DNA from: Steroidobacter sp.
GTDB lineage: Bacteria; Pseudomonadota; Gammaproteobacteria; Steroidobacterales; Steroidobacteraceae
Direction of reading: 5' to 3'
Length of the DNA stretch: 64,000 nucleotides
Assembly: GCF_036402275.1 (NCBI RefSeq)
Contig: NZ_DASWTF010000027.1
Span: forward strand, 86,183 to 150,182
Part shown: one piece after another, positions 30,433 through 40,748 of the stretch
Position numbering within the stretch: the first letter of the stretch is position 1
How the letters are laid out: each line of letters starts with the position of its first letter
Notes under the pieces: model-generated
What the model saw: the letters and a program-made list of their open reading frames with translations, nothing else
Told to the model about the DNA's origin: nothing
Database searches by the model: none
Translations under genes and position numbers: made by a program

Positions 30433-31961
30433 ACAATCGTCACATCTATGTGCTGTCAGCGGTGCTGGCGCTGATGGGCTTGGCGCTGTTCGCGTACAAG
30501 TCGCAAGTGCTGGGCTTTCCGTTGCAGCCGCAGGAACAGACGCGCGTCTGGACCATCGAGGCCGCGGTGCGGTTCGATCCCGGCCCGGCGGCGGTCAAGG
30601 CGACTTTGCGCATTCCCAGTCTCACGCCGGGTTTTTCCATCCTGGACGAGAATTTCATCTCGCGCGGCTTCGGGCATGCGATCCGCAACGTGGAGGCCGG
30701 GCGCGAGTCGCAATGGACGCTGCGGGAGGCGAGCGGGCCACAGACGTTGTATTACCGTGCGCAGGTATATCGCGACGTTACCCGGCTGGCCGAGGACACG
30801 ACGCCGCCGTTTCCCGAGCAGCCGGTGCTGGACGAGCCGTCGCGCATCGCCATGGAAGGACTGATCGCCGAAGTGCGGCGTCAGTCGGCCGACGTGGCGA
30901 GCTTCACGACCGAGCTGCTTCGTCACATCAATCACGCCGAGCGCGACCCCTACGTCAGCTTGTTCATGAGCCGGGGCAGTGCATCTTCGGACCAGGCCAA
31001 GCTCGCCACCATCTTTCTCGCCGGCGCGCAGATTCCGGCACGCATCGCGCATGGCATCCAGCTGCGTAATCTGACGGGTCCGGTGCAATCCCAGCAACTG
31101 CTGGAAGTGCACGACGGCGTGCAGTGGCTGTACTTCGATCCCAAGACTTTGGAGCAGGGATTACCGCCGGATTTCTTGATCTGGTGGCGCGGCGACGAGC
31201 CTATCGCGAGTCTCGAGGGCGGCGGCAATCTGGATGTGACGCTGGCGGTTCAGCAGAACCTGCTGGACTCGATGGTGGTGGCGGAGCGCCGCGCCGAGCT
31301 GACCGGCTCGCACGCCATGGATTTTTCGCTGTTCGCGCTGCCGATCGCGACGCAGGCTGTGTATGCCGTGCTGATGATGATTCCGATCGGCGCGCTCGTG
31401 ATCATGCTGCTGCGTAACTTCATCGGCGTGAAAACGTTCGGTACGTTCATGCCGGTGCTGGTGGCGCTGGCGTTTCGCGAGACGCAGCTGCTGTGGGGCA
31501 TCGTGTTGTTCGCGGTCATCGTGTCGTTGGGTCTGTTGATCCGGTTTTATCTGGAGAAGCTGCGACTGCTGCTGGTGCCGCGTTTGACCACCGTGCTCAC
31601 GGTGGTGGTGATTCTGATGGCGGGTATCAGCGTGCTCAGCCAGAAGCTGGAGATCCAGCCGGGCCTGTCCATCGCGCTGTTCCCGATGGTGATTCTGTCG
31701 ATGACCATCGAGCGCATGTCTATCGTGTGGGAAGAGCGCGGCGCCTCCGAGGCTTTGCAGGAAGGCATCGGTAGCTTGGTCGTCGCGGCGGTGGCCTACA
31801 TGGTCATGGGCATCGTGTGGCTCGAGCACCTGATCTTCGTGTTCCCCGAGTTGCTGCTGCTGGTCATCGCGTTGTCGCTGTTGGCCGGTCGTTACACTGG
31901 CTATCGATTGCTCGAACTGCGGCGCTTCAAGGCGCTGCTGCCGTCGCGGAGTGCGTCGTGA
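30429..31961 (+). CDS. Inactive transglutaminase fused to a 7-TM domain
   Basis: N-terminal TM, LEVHDGVQWLYFDP, FLIWWRG, GVKTFGTFMPVLVALAF, LFPMVILSMTIERMSIVWEE. Confidence 0.88.
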   Translation: MNNRHIYVLSAVLALMGLALFAYKSQVLGFPLQPQEQTRVWTIEAAVRFDPGPAAVKATLRIPSLTPGFSILDENFISRGFGHAIRNVEAGRESQWTLREASGPQTLYYRAQVYRDVTRLAEDTTPPFPEQPVLDEPSRIAMEGLIAEVRRQSADVASFTTELLRHINHAERDPYVSLFMSRGSASSDQAKLATIFLAGAQIPARIAHGIQLRNLTGPVQSQQLLEVHDGVQWLYFDPKTLEQGLPPDFLIWWRGDEPIASLEGGGNLDVTLAVQQNLLDSMVVAERRAELTGSHAMDFSLFALPIATQAVYAVLMMIPIGALVIMLLRNFIGVKTFGTFMPVLVALAFRETQLLWGIVLFAVIVSLGLLIRFYLEKLRLLLVPRLTTVLTVVVILMAGISVLSQKLEIQPGLSIALFPMVILSMTIERMSIVWEERGASEALQEGIGSLVVAAVAYMVMGIVWLEHLIFVFPELLLLVIALSLLAGRYTGYRLLELRRFKALLPSRSAS

Positions 31962-32947
31962 TGTTCGGCCGGTATCGCGGGCTGGCCGAGGAAGGCGTGC
32001 TTGGGCTCAATAAGCGCAACGGCGATTACATCCTGCGATTCAATCCCCGGCGGCTGTATCCGCTGGTCGACGACAAGCTGAAAACCAAGCGTCTGGCGCT
32101 GGCGGCGGGGATCGCGGTTCCGCAGCTCTATGGAGTGATCGAGACTCAGCATGACATCCGGCGGCTGCCTGAGATCGTGCGCGATCATCCGGAGTTCGCG
32201 TTGAAGCCGGCGCATGGGAGTGCGGGCGACGGCATCGTCGTCATTTCAGGTCGCAGCTCGTCGCGCTATCGGACCATCAGCGGGACGCTGCTCGACGATG
32301 ACTTTTTGAATCACCATCTTTCCAACGCTATCAACGGTCAGTTCAGCCTGGGCGGCGTGCAGGACGTCGTCATCGTCGAATACATGGTGCGATTCTCGCC
32401 GCTGTTCGAGCGGATCAGTTATCTGGGCGTGCCTGATATTCGGGTCATCGTGTATCGAGGCTATCCCATCATGTCCATGGTTCGCCTGCCGACGCGCGCA
32501 TCGCACGGCAAGGCGAATTTGCATCAGGGCGCGGTGGGGGCGGGGATCGATCTCGCGACGGGTGTGACGTTGGATGGTGTCGTCGGCACGCAGGTGGTCA
32601 CCCATCATCCCGATACGACGCACGCCATTTCAGGACTGAAGATTCCGGACTGGGATGTGATCCTGGATATTTCGGCGCGCTGTTACGAGCTGACCGGCAT
32701 GGGATACATCGGCGTCGACATCGTCCTCGACCGCGACCTCGGCCCGCTGGTCCTGGAGTTGAACGCCCGCCCCGGCCTCGCGATTCAGATCGCCAACCGT
32801 CAGGGCCTGCTGCGCCGTCTGAAAATCTGCGACGAAAAAGCCAACTTCACCGCTCCCGCCCCCGAGCGCATCGCCTTCGCCCAACAAGAGTTCCGTCATC
32901 CCGTCGGACCTGTTCTCGCCACCGACGCGATTCCCGTCGTCGCCTAA
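31961..32947 (+). CDS. Alpha-L-glutamate ligase-related ATP-grasp protein
   Basis: GVLGLNKRN, YPLVDDKLKTK, GVPDIRVIV, MVRLPT.AS.GKANLHQGA, LELNARPGLAIQIAN; TGATG overlap with upstream gene. Confidence 0.9.
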   Translation: MFGRYRGLAEEGVLGLNKRNGDYILRFNPRRLYPLVDDKLKTKRLALAAGIAVPQLYGVIETQHDIRRLPEIVRDHPEFALKPAHGSAGDGIVVISGRSSSRYRTISGTLLDDDFLNHHLSNAINGQFSLGGVQDVVIVEYMVRFSPLFERISYLGVPDIRVIVYRGYPIMSMVRLPTRASHGKANLHQGAVGAGIDLATGVTLDGVVGTQVVTHHPDTTHAISGLKIPDWDVILDISARCYELTGMGYIGVDIVLDRDLGPLVLELNARPGLAIQIANRQGLLRRLKICDEKANFTAPAPERIAFAQQEFRHPVGPVLATDAIPVVA

Positions 32948-33063
32948 GTTCGTTTCGCCTGCGCTCATTGTTTGTTGTCGCTGACGCAGGGTGCTTCGCG
33001 TGGCGCTGGCGCTCATTGCCGCTGATGCGGTTGCGCTTCGCGTTCGCGCGCAGCCTGGCGGCA

Positions 33064-33319
33064 GAGCTGGGGCGAGGTGGGGGTCTCGTGAAACTCGCCT
33101 GGCGTCTTCGGCGGCATCTCAACGTCGTCGATGGCTGCCGCACGATTTGCTCAGTGGCTCCTTTGACGCTCAGTATCGCTTGCTCGCGCTCACGCGCTGC
33201 AAGCTGCCACGCGCCGCCTCGGCGGTGAGATCACCGTGCAACGGCTTGCTCGAATGACGAGCGGTTCACCGTGATCGCGGCTTGGCGAACTTCACGAGAC
33301 CCCCACCTCACCCCAGCTC
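33064..33319. repeat. Element bounded by 36-bp inverted repeats (33/36 identical)
   Basis: 33064-33099 GAGCTGGGGCGAGGTGGGGGTCTCGTGAAACTCGCC versus 33284-33319. Confidence 0.8.
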
Positions 33320-33512
33320 GCAGATGCGCGCCCCGATGCCTCACTCTCTGCCGAACTCACGCGCCGGCCTTCGGCCGCCCGTGTTAGCCCCGAGCCGGCG
33401 GGTGCGATTTGTGCCGCACGTTTCCGCGGCAACGTCGAGTGTTAAATTGAGCCCGCAGCATTTCAGCTGACGCGGCTCGGTTTTTCTTCCCGTGCCAAAC
33501 CTCTTTTCCGAA

Positions 33513-33932
33513 TCACGGAGCGTTGCGAGCTTCCGAGAGGGGGGATTGTTTCTTCGGGGGCGGAGGAACATCGACGGAGGCGAAGAAGCCCGCGGAGGTT
33601 CTGATCGTCACCTTGGACGGCCGGCAGGTGAAGCTCGTCAGGTCCACCTTCACCTGTTTTGTGAAATTCTGTCGGGCGAGGTCGTTGGGGGCGCTGTCGA
33701 CGAGCAGGCCGAGGATTTGGGAGCGGGCGTCGTCGAGGCGCTTGCATTCGGTCCATTGCACCGTGAAATCGTGGTTCTCGTGCGTGCCGCGGTAGGCGAT
33801 GGTCATCACGAGTTGGTCTTCCGTCGCGTCGTAGGCGAGCGCGGTGACGGTGACGGCCGAGGCGGGTAGGGAGTGGAGCAGGCCGAGCAGGAAACACGCG
33901 GCCCAGATACGAAGTGACGTAGCTCGGCGCAT
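33513..33932 (-). CDS. Hypothetical exported protein
   Basis: Signal-peptide-like MRRATSLRIWAACFLLGLLHSLPASA; two Cys in the mature part; start moved to ATG 33932. Confidence 0.65.
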   Translation of the reverse strand: MRRATSLRIWAACFLLGLLHSLPASAVTVTALAYDATEDQLVMTIAYRGTHENHDFTVQWTECKRLDDARSQILGLLVDSAPNDLARQNFTKQVKVDLTSFTCRPSKVTIRTSAGFFASVDVPPPPKKQSPLSEARNAP

Positions 33933-33945
33933 GACAGATCTCCTT

Positions 33946-34283
33946 CTAGCTGCGAGGAAGGGCGTCCACTTTGGCGGCGCAGATGAAATCGTTCTGCGAC
34001 AGGCCGCCGATCGCATGAGTATTGTAGGTCATGCGGCAATAGCCATAGCCGACCTCGAGATCCGGGTGGTGATCTTCGGTGTTGGCGATGTGTGCAACCG
34101 CGTTCACGAAGCTCATCGCGTGATAGAAGTTACGAAACTTCCATTCGCCGCGAATGCTGCGGCCGTCGTCTGCAAGCTTCCAACTATCGCTCAGCTGCTT
34201 CATCAGCGACTGCGCTTCGTTCAGCGACAAGGGTGCGACGCCGCCCTCGCAGGGTTTGCAGCGTTGTTCGGTAAGTGGAGTAC

Positions 34284-34287
<4 letters not shown>
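33946..34287 (-). CDS. phhB: Pterin-4a-carbinolamine dehydratase
   Basis: [42 protein letters not shown]. Confidence 0.93.
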
Positions 34288-35510
<1,223 letters not shown>

Positions 35511-35595
35511 AGAGGCGTGCATTGTAACCCGTTGCGCCCCTGTCCATGAGCAATGGCCATCGGGTTCGGCTACCATACGCGCACCCATCGCAAGG

Positions 35596-35825
35596 CACGG
35601 CCGGAGAGAGCGGGAACCACCCCGCCGCCGAAGGCGCAACCGCCCGGAAACGCTCAGGCAAATGAACGGCGTGCACTGTGGATCGGGCGGAGCCGCCTCC
35701 GCCCCACCACTCGGCGGGCTCTGGAGAGTAGCTGCCAAACCTCGAGCAGGTCGGCGGTTCACCGAAGGGGAGAGGCTCCAGCTGCAAGCTGGCGCCGGAT
35801 CTCTCAGGTCGCAGGACAGAGGGGG
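35596..35825 (+). promoter_or_regulatory. Tandem glycine riboswitch
   Basis: Aptamer 1 GGAGAGA...CGCCGAAGGCGCAA...CTCAGGCAAA (about 35596-35674); aptamer 2 CTCTGGAGAG...CACCGAAGGGG...CTCTCAGGT...GGACAGAGGG (about 35716-35825); upstream of gcvT. Confidence 0.92.
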
Positions 35826-35894
35826 CGTCGAACGCACGGGCGTTCCGCGCTTTGCTTTTGACCCGATCCACAACGGCTGACTCCGGAGCATTCG

Positions 35895-36977
35895 ATGGGC
35901 CTCAAGACTCCTCTATACGACACCCATGTCGCCGCGGGCGCACGCCTGGTCGATTTCGGCGGCTGGGACATGCCGGTCAATTACGGCTCGCAGATCGAAG
36001 AGCATCACGCCGTGCGCCGCGACGCCGGAATGTTCGACGTTTCCCACATGCTCATCGCCGATGTCACGGGAGCGCGCGTTCGTGACTACCTGCGATATCT
36101 GCTCGCCAACGATGTCGCCAAGCTGAAAGAGCCGGGCAAGGCTCTGTACAGCTGCATGCTCAACGAGCGTGGCGGCGTGGTGGACGATCTCATTGTTTAT
36201 TTCATCAACGAATCCTGGTTCCGCGTGGTCGTGAACGCAGGCACACGCGACAAAGACATCGCGTGGCTGAAGCGCTTTTCCGATCAGTTCCAGGTCGACG
36301 TGAAGCCGCGCACCGATCTGGCCATGATCGCCGTGCAAGGGCCGAACGCGCGCACCAAGGCCGCGACGCTGATCGGCAAATATGCGGACGAAGCTTTACA
36401 GCTGAAAACTTTTGTCGGCCGGGAGTTCGGGCCGTACTTCATCGCTCGCACGGGTTACACGGGCGAAGACGGCTGGGAAATCATGTTGCCGGTGGCTGAT
36501 GCGCCGAAGTTCTGGAGCGACCTGAAGGCCGCTGGTGTCGCGCAGTGCGGACTCGGTGCGCGCGACACGTTGCGACTCGAAGCCGGCATGAATCTGTATG
36601 GCAACGACATGGACGAGAACCTGTCGCCGCTCGAATCCGGTCTCACCTGGACAGTCGCATTCGATCCGCCAGAACGCGATTTCGTGGGGCGCGCTGCGCT
36701 CGAAGCGCAACGCGCCCCGGGCGTGCCGCGCAAGCTGGTCGGTCTGATTCTCGACGATCGCGGAGTGCTGCGCGGTCATCAGCGAGTCGTCACTTCTGCT
36801 GGCGACGGCGAGATCACCAGCGGCACATTCTCGCCCACGATGGAAAAGTCCATCGCTTTCGCGCGCGTGCCCGCGGCGACCGGCGATCGCGTCGAGGTCG
36901 ATATTCGCGGCAAATTGCTCGCGGCCCGCGTCGTGAAATATCCGTTCGTGCGCAACGGCAAGCCGCTGGTTTCCTGA
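35895..36977 (+). CDS. gcvT: Glycine cleavage aminomethyltransferase
   Basis: [43 protein letters not shown]. Confidence 0.98.
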   Translation: MGLKTPLYDTHVAAGARLVDFGGWDMPVNYGSQIEEHHAVRRDAGMFDVSHMLIADVTGARVRDYLRYLLANDVAKLKEPGKALYSCMLNERGGVVDDLIVYFINESWFRVVVNAGTRDKDIAWLKRFSDQFQVDVKPRTDLAMIAVQGPNARTKAATLIGKYADEALQLKTFVGREFGPYFIARTGYTGEDGWEIMLPVADAPKFWSDLKAAGVAQCGLGARDTLRLEAGMNLYGNDMDENLSPLESGLTWTVAFDPPERDFVGRAALEAQRAPGVPRKLVGLILDDRGVLRGHQRVVTSAGDGEITSGTFSPTMEKSIAFARVPAATGDRVEVDIRGKLLAARVVKYPFVRNGKPLVS

Positions 36978-37054
36978 TCGCGACGTGCGCCCCTGATTTC
37001 GAGTATTCAAAGTTTTCTGATTTCATTTTCCGCATTGTTATCGAGGACACACCC

Positions 37055-37447
37055 ATGTCGAACATTCCTGCCGATCTGAAATATCTGGATTCCCACGAGT
37101 GGGCACGTGTGGAAAGTGACGGAACGGTCACCATCGGCATCTCCGACCACGCGCAGGGCGCGCTCGGCGATCTGGTGTTCGTCGAAGTCCCGGAAGTGGG
37201 CAAGTCGCTGACCAAGGGCGGCGCCGCCGCGGTGGTCGAGTCGGTCAAGGCCGCCTCTGACGTGTACAGCCCGGTCTCGGGCGAAGTGGTCGCCGCCAAC
37301 GACGCGCTGAGCGGCTCGCCCGAGCTGGTCAACAGCGATCCGTACGGCCAGGGCTGGTTGTTCAAGATCAAGCCCAGCAACACCGGCGAGCTGCAGCAGC
37401 TGCTCGACGCCAAGGCTTACGAGAAAGTCGTCGCCGACGCCCACTGA
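37055..37447 (+). CDS. gcvH: Glycine cleavage H protein
   Basis: SHEW, GISDHAQ..LGD, lipoyl site [18 protein letters not shown]. Confidence 0.98.
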   Translation: MSNIPADLKYLDSHEWARVESDGTVTIGISDHAQGALGDLVFVEVPEVGKSLTKGGAAAVVESVKAASDVYSPVSGEVVAANDALSGSPELVNSDPYGQGWLFKIKPSNTGELQQLLDAKAYEKVVADAH

Positions 37448-37455
37448 GTGCCGCC

Positions 37456-38823
37456 ATGCCGTTCATTCCTCACACCGAAACAGAGATCAGCGAAATGCTG
37501 GCCGCCATCGGCGCGCCGAGCATCGATGCTCTCTTCGACGAAATCCCGGCGGCGCTGCGTATCAAATCGCTCGCGGGCATACCCGACGCACTGAGCGAGA
37601 TGGAAGTAGGCCGCCTCATGCAGGCGCGCGCGCAACAGGACGGTCGCCCGCTGAACTTTCTGGGCGCTGGCGCCTACGAACATCACATTCCCGCAGCTGT
37701 CTGGGCCATCGTGACGCGCGGCGAGTTCTACAGCGCGTACACGCCGTATCAGGCGGAGGCGAGCCAGGGCACGCTGCAGCTGCTGTACGAATATCAGACC
37801 ATGATGAGCAGCCTGACGGGCATGGAAGTCTCGAATGCGTCGCTCTACGACGGCGCGTCCGCGCTGGCGGAAGCCTGTTTGATGGCGGTGCGCGCGCATC
37901 GCAAGTCGAAGTCGGCTCGCATCGTCGTGCCGTCGTCGTTGAATCCGACTTATCTGTCCGTGTCCCGCGCGGTCGTCGAGGGTCAGAACCTCAGCTTCAC
38001 GGTGTTGCCGTATGAGTCGGGCAAGGGCACGCTGCAGTTCTCGAAGCTCGAAGCCCTCAAGGGCGAGGACATCACCGCCGTCGTGATCCAGCAGCCGAAT
38101 TTCTTCGGCCAGATGGAAGACGTCGATGCGATCACCGAGTGGGCGCATGCCAATAACGCGCTGGTGATCGCCGTGGTGAATCCGCTGTCGCTGGCGTTGT
38201 TCAAGCCGCCGGGCGAGTGGGGCACTAAAGGTGTCGACATCGTCGTCGGTGACGGTCAGCCGTTGGGCGTGCCGCTGTCCTCGGGCGGTCCGTACTTCGG
38301 TTTCATGACCACGCGCATGGAACACGTGCGCCAGATGCCGGGCCGGATCATCGGCCGCACGGTCGATCTCGACGGCAAGCAGGGCTTCACGCTGACATTG
38401 CAGGCCCGCGAGCAGCACATTCGTCGTAGCAAAGCGACGTCCAACATCTGCACCAACCAGGGTCTGCTGGTGACGGCGGCGACGATTCATATGTCGTTGC
38501 TGGGAGCGGCGGGTCTGGAGGCGGTCGCGGCGACTTCGCAACAGCAGGCCGCCAAGCTGGTCGACAAGCTGGCGCGCATTCCCGGCGTGAAAGTCGTGTT
38601 CGACGGTTACCGTTTTCATGAAGCTGTGCTACAGCTGCCGGCCCGGGTGAGCGACGTGCTCGACGCCCTGGCCAAACGCAACATCGTCGGTGGATTGGAT
38701 TTGTCGAAACTCTATCCCGAGCTGGGCAATGCGCTGCTCGTGTGCGCCACGGAGATGCGCACCGACGCGGATCTGGACACCTATGCCTCAGCTTTGGCCG
38801 ACGTCTTGGAGCGCAAGCCGTGA
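37456..38823 (+). CDS. gcvPA: Glycine dehydrogenase subunit 1
   Basis: [52 protein letters not shown]. Confidence 0.96.
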   Translation: MPFIPHTETEISEMLAAIGAPSIDALFDEIPAALRIKSLAGIPDALSEMEVGRLMQARAQQDGRPLNFLGAGAYEHHIPAAVWAIVTRGEFYSAYTPYQAEASQGTLQLLYEYQTMMSSLTGMEVSNASLYDGASALAEACLMAVRAHRKSKSARIVVPSSLNPTYLSVSRAVVEGQNLSFTVLPYESGKGTLQFSKLEALKGEDITAVVIQQPNFFGQMEDVDAITEWAHANNALVIAVVNPLSLALFKPPGEWGTKGVDIVVGDGQPLGVPLSSGGPYFGFMTTRMEHVRQMPGRIIGRTVDLDGKQGFTLTLQAREQHIRRSKATSNICTNQGLLVTAATIHMSLLGAAGLEAVAATSQQQAAKLVDKLARIPGVKVVFDGYRFHEAVLQLPARVSDVLDALAKRNIVGGLDLSKLYPELGNALLVCATEMRTDADLDTYASALADVLERKP

Positions 38824-40289
38824 GCAACATCACTGAACCGTTGATCTTCAAACATTCGCGCACCGGGCGTAGCGCCGCTGGCCAGTATCCGCAAGGCGCG
38901 ACCGCCGAAGTGCCGGAGAAATTCCGTCGTCGCAAACGGGCGGCGCTGCCGGAAGTTTCCGAGCTGCAGGCCGTGCGGCACTTCACTCGTCTGTCGCAGT
39001 TGAACTTCTCGATCGACACGCATTTCTATCCGCTCGGGTCGTGCACGATGAAGTACAACCCGCGCGCGTGTAATGCGTTCGCGATGCTGCCCGAGTTCCT
39101 CGGTCGTCATCCTCTGGCGCCGAGCGCGGTGAGCCAGGGCTTCCTTTCCTGTCTGTATGAATTGCAGGAGATGTTGAAGGAAGTCACCGGCATGAAAGGC
39201 GTGTCGCTCACTCCGATGGCCGGTGCGCAGGGTGAATTTGCGGGTGTCGCGATGATTCGTGCGTATCACCGCGCGCGTAACGATTTGCAGCGTACCGAGA
39301 TCATCGTCCCCGATGCCGCCCACGGCACCAACCCCGCGACTGCCACCATGTGTGGCTGCACGGTGGTGGAGATTCCGTCGCTGGCGAATGGCGACATCGA
39401 CATCGAGGCGCTGAAGGGCGCGCTCGGCCCGAAGACGGCCGGCATCATGCTCACCAATCCCTCGACGCTGGGCGTGTTCGAGCGACGCATTCAAGAAGTC
39501 GCGAAGCTGGTGCACGAGGCGGGCGGCCTGCTGTATTACGACGGAGCCAACCTCAACGCCATTCTCGGCAAGGTGCGTCCGGGCGACATGGGCTTCGACG
39601 TCATCCACATGAACCTGCACAAGACCTTCTCGACCCCGCACGGCGGCGGCGGGCCGGGCTCGGGTGCGGTCGGCGTGGGCCAGCGACTGCTGCCTTTCCT
39701 GCCCATTCCCACGGTGGGCAAGGACGGCGACAAATATCGTTGGCTCGACGAGAACGACCTGCCGCAGACCATCGGCCGCCTGTCGGCCTTCATGGGCAAT
39801 GCAGGCGTGCTGCTGCGTGCGTATGTTTATATGCGCATGCTGGGTCGCGAAGGCATGCATCGGGTCGCGGAGTTCTCGGCGCTCAACGCCAACTATCTGC
39901 TGGCCCGTTTGAAGAAGGCAGGGTTCGAGGCCGCTTATCCGGAACGCCGAGCCAGCCATGAGTTCATCATCACCATGAAGCGGCAGGCCAAGGAGCTGGG
40001 CGTGAACGCGATGGACTTCGCCAAGCGCCTGCTCGACTACGGCTTCCACGCACCGACCACTTACTTCCCGTTGCTGGTGCCGGAGTGCCTGCTGATCGAG
40101 CCCACGGAGACCGAGGCCAAGGAGGAACTGGATGCCTTCGTCGATGCACTGATTGCTATTCAGGCCGAGGCCGAGCAGGACGCCGCCAAGGTCAAGGGCG
40201 CTCCCTATACATTGCCGGTCCGCCGTCTGGACGACGTGCGCGCCGCCAAGCAACTCGACCTGACCTACGGCATGAGAAGCACTGAATGA
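38820..40289 (+). CDS. gcvPB: Glycine dehydrogenase subunit 2
   Basis: [22 protein letters not shown]-Lys motif [26 protein letters not shown]; GTG 38820 overlaps the gcvPA stop. Confidence 0.96.
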   Translation: MSNITEPLIFKHSRTGRSAAGQYPQGATAEVPEKFRRRKRAALPEVSELQAVRHFTRLSQLNFSIDTHFYPLGSCTMKYNPRACNAFAMLPEFLGRHPLAPSAVSQGFLSCLYELQEMLKEVTGMKGVSLTPMAGAQGEFAGVAMIRAYHRARNDLQRTEIIVPDAAHGTNPATATMCGCTVVEIPSLANGDIDIEALKGALGPKTAGIMLTNPSTLGVFERRIQEVAKLVHEAGGLLYYDGANLNAILGKVRPGDMGFDVIHMNLHKTFSTPHGGGGPGSGAVGVGQRLLPFLPIPTVGKDGDKYRWLDENDLPQTIGRLSAFMGNAGVLLRAYVYMRMLGREGMHRVAEFSALNANYLLARLKKAGFEAAYPERRASHEFIITMKRQAKELGVNAMDFAKRLLDYGFHAPTTYFPLLVPECLLIEPTETEAKEELDAFVDALIAIQAEAEQDAAKVKGAPYTLPVRRLDDVRAAKQLDLTYGMRSTE

Positions 40290-40660
40290 ATGCAATCACG
40301 GACCGCCCGAAGCTGGCCGGCCTGCGCCGGTTGATGCTGGCTTTTGTCAATTCATGGAAAGGGTTCCAGGGCGCGTTCCGCAGCGAAGCGGCGTTCAGGC
40401 AGGAGGTGGCGCTGGCGGTGGTGATGCTGCCGCTCGGCGCCTACCTCGGTAAAACGCCGGTGGAAAAGGCCTTATTGATCAGCTCGGTGCTGCTGGTGCT
40501 GATCGTGGAGCTGCTGAACACGGGCATCGAAACCGTGGTGGACCGCATCGGGCTGGAGCGCCACGAGCTGTCCGGGCTGGCCAAGGACGTCGGCTCGACC
40601 GCCGTACTGCTATCCTTCGGCGTCCTGGTCGTGATCTGGGGGTTCCTGCTGCTGGGCTGA
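40286..40660 (+). CDS. dgkA: Diacylglycerol kinase
   Basis: [37 protein letters not shown]. Confidence 0.95.
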   Translation: MNAITDRPKLAGLRRLMLAFVNSWKGFQGAFRSEAAFRQEVALAVVMLPLGAYLGKTPVEKALLISSVLLVLIVELLNTGIETVVDRIGLERHELSGLAKDVGSTAVLLSFGVLVVIWGFLLLG

Positions 40661-40748
40661 ACGGCCCAGCCTGCCGACAACGGCGGGCGTCTGGCATGGG
40701 TTAACCCGGTTCGCGGCTCCTTACAGCTTGCTCGAACGCGGTTCACTC

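Noticed and set aside
33380-33430. Group II intron domain V look-alike (GAGCCG...GTGCG...CGCAC)
   Set aside because: No proper DV stem or CGGTTC partner, no domain VI and no RT ORF.
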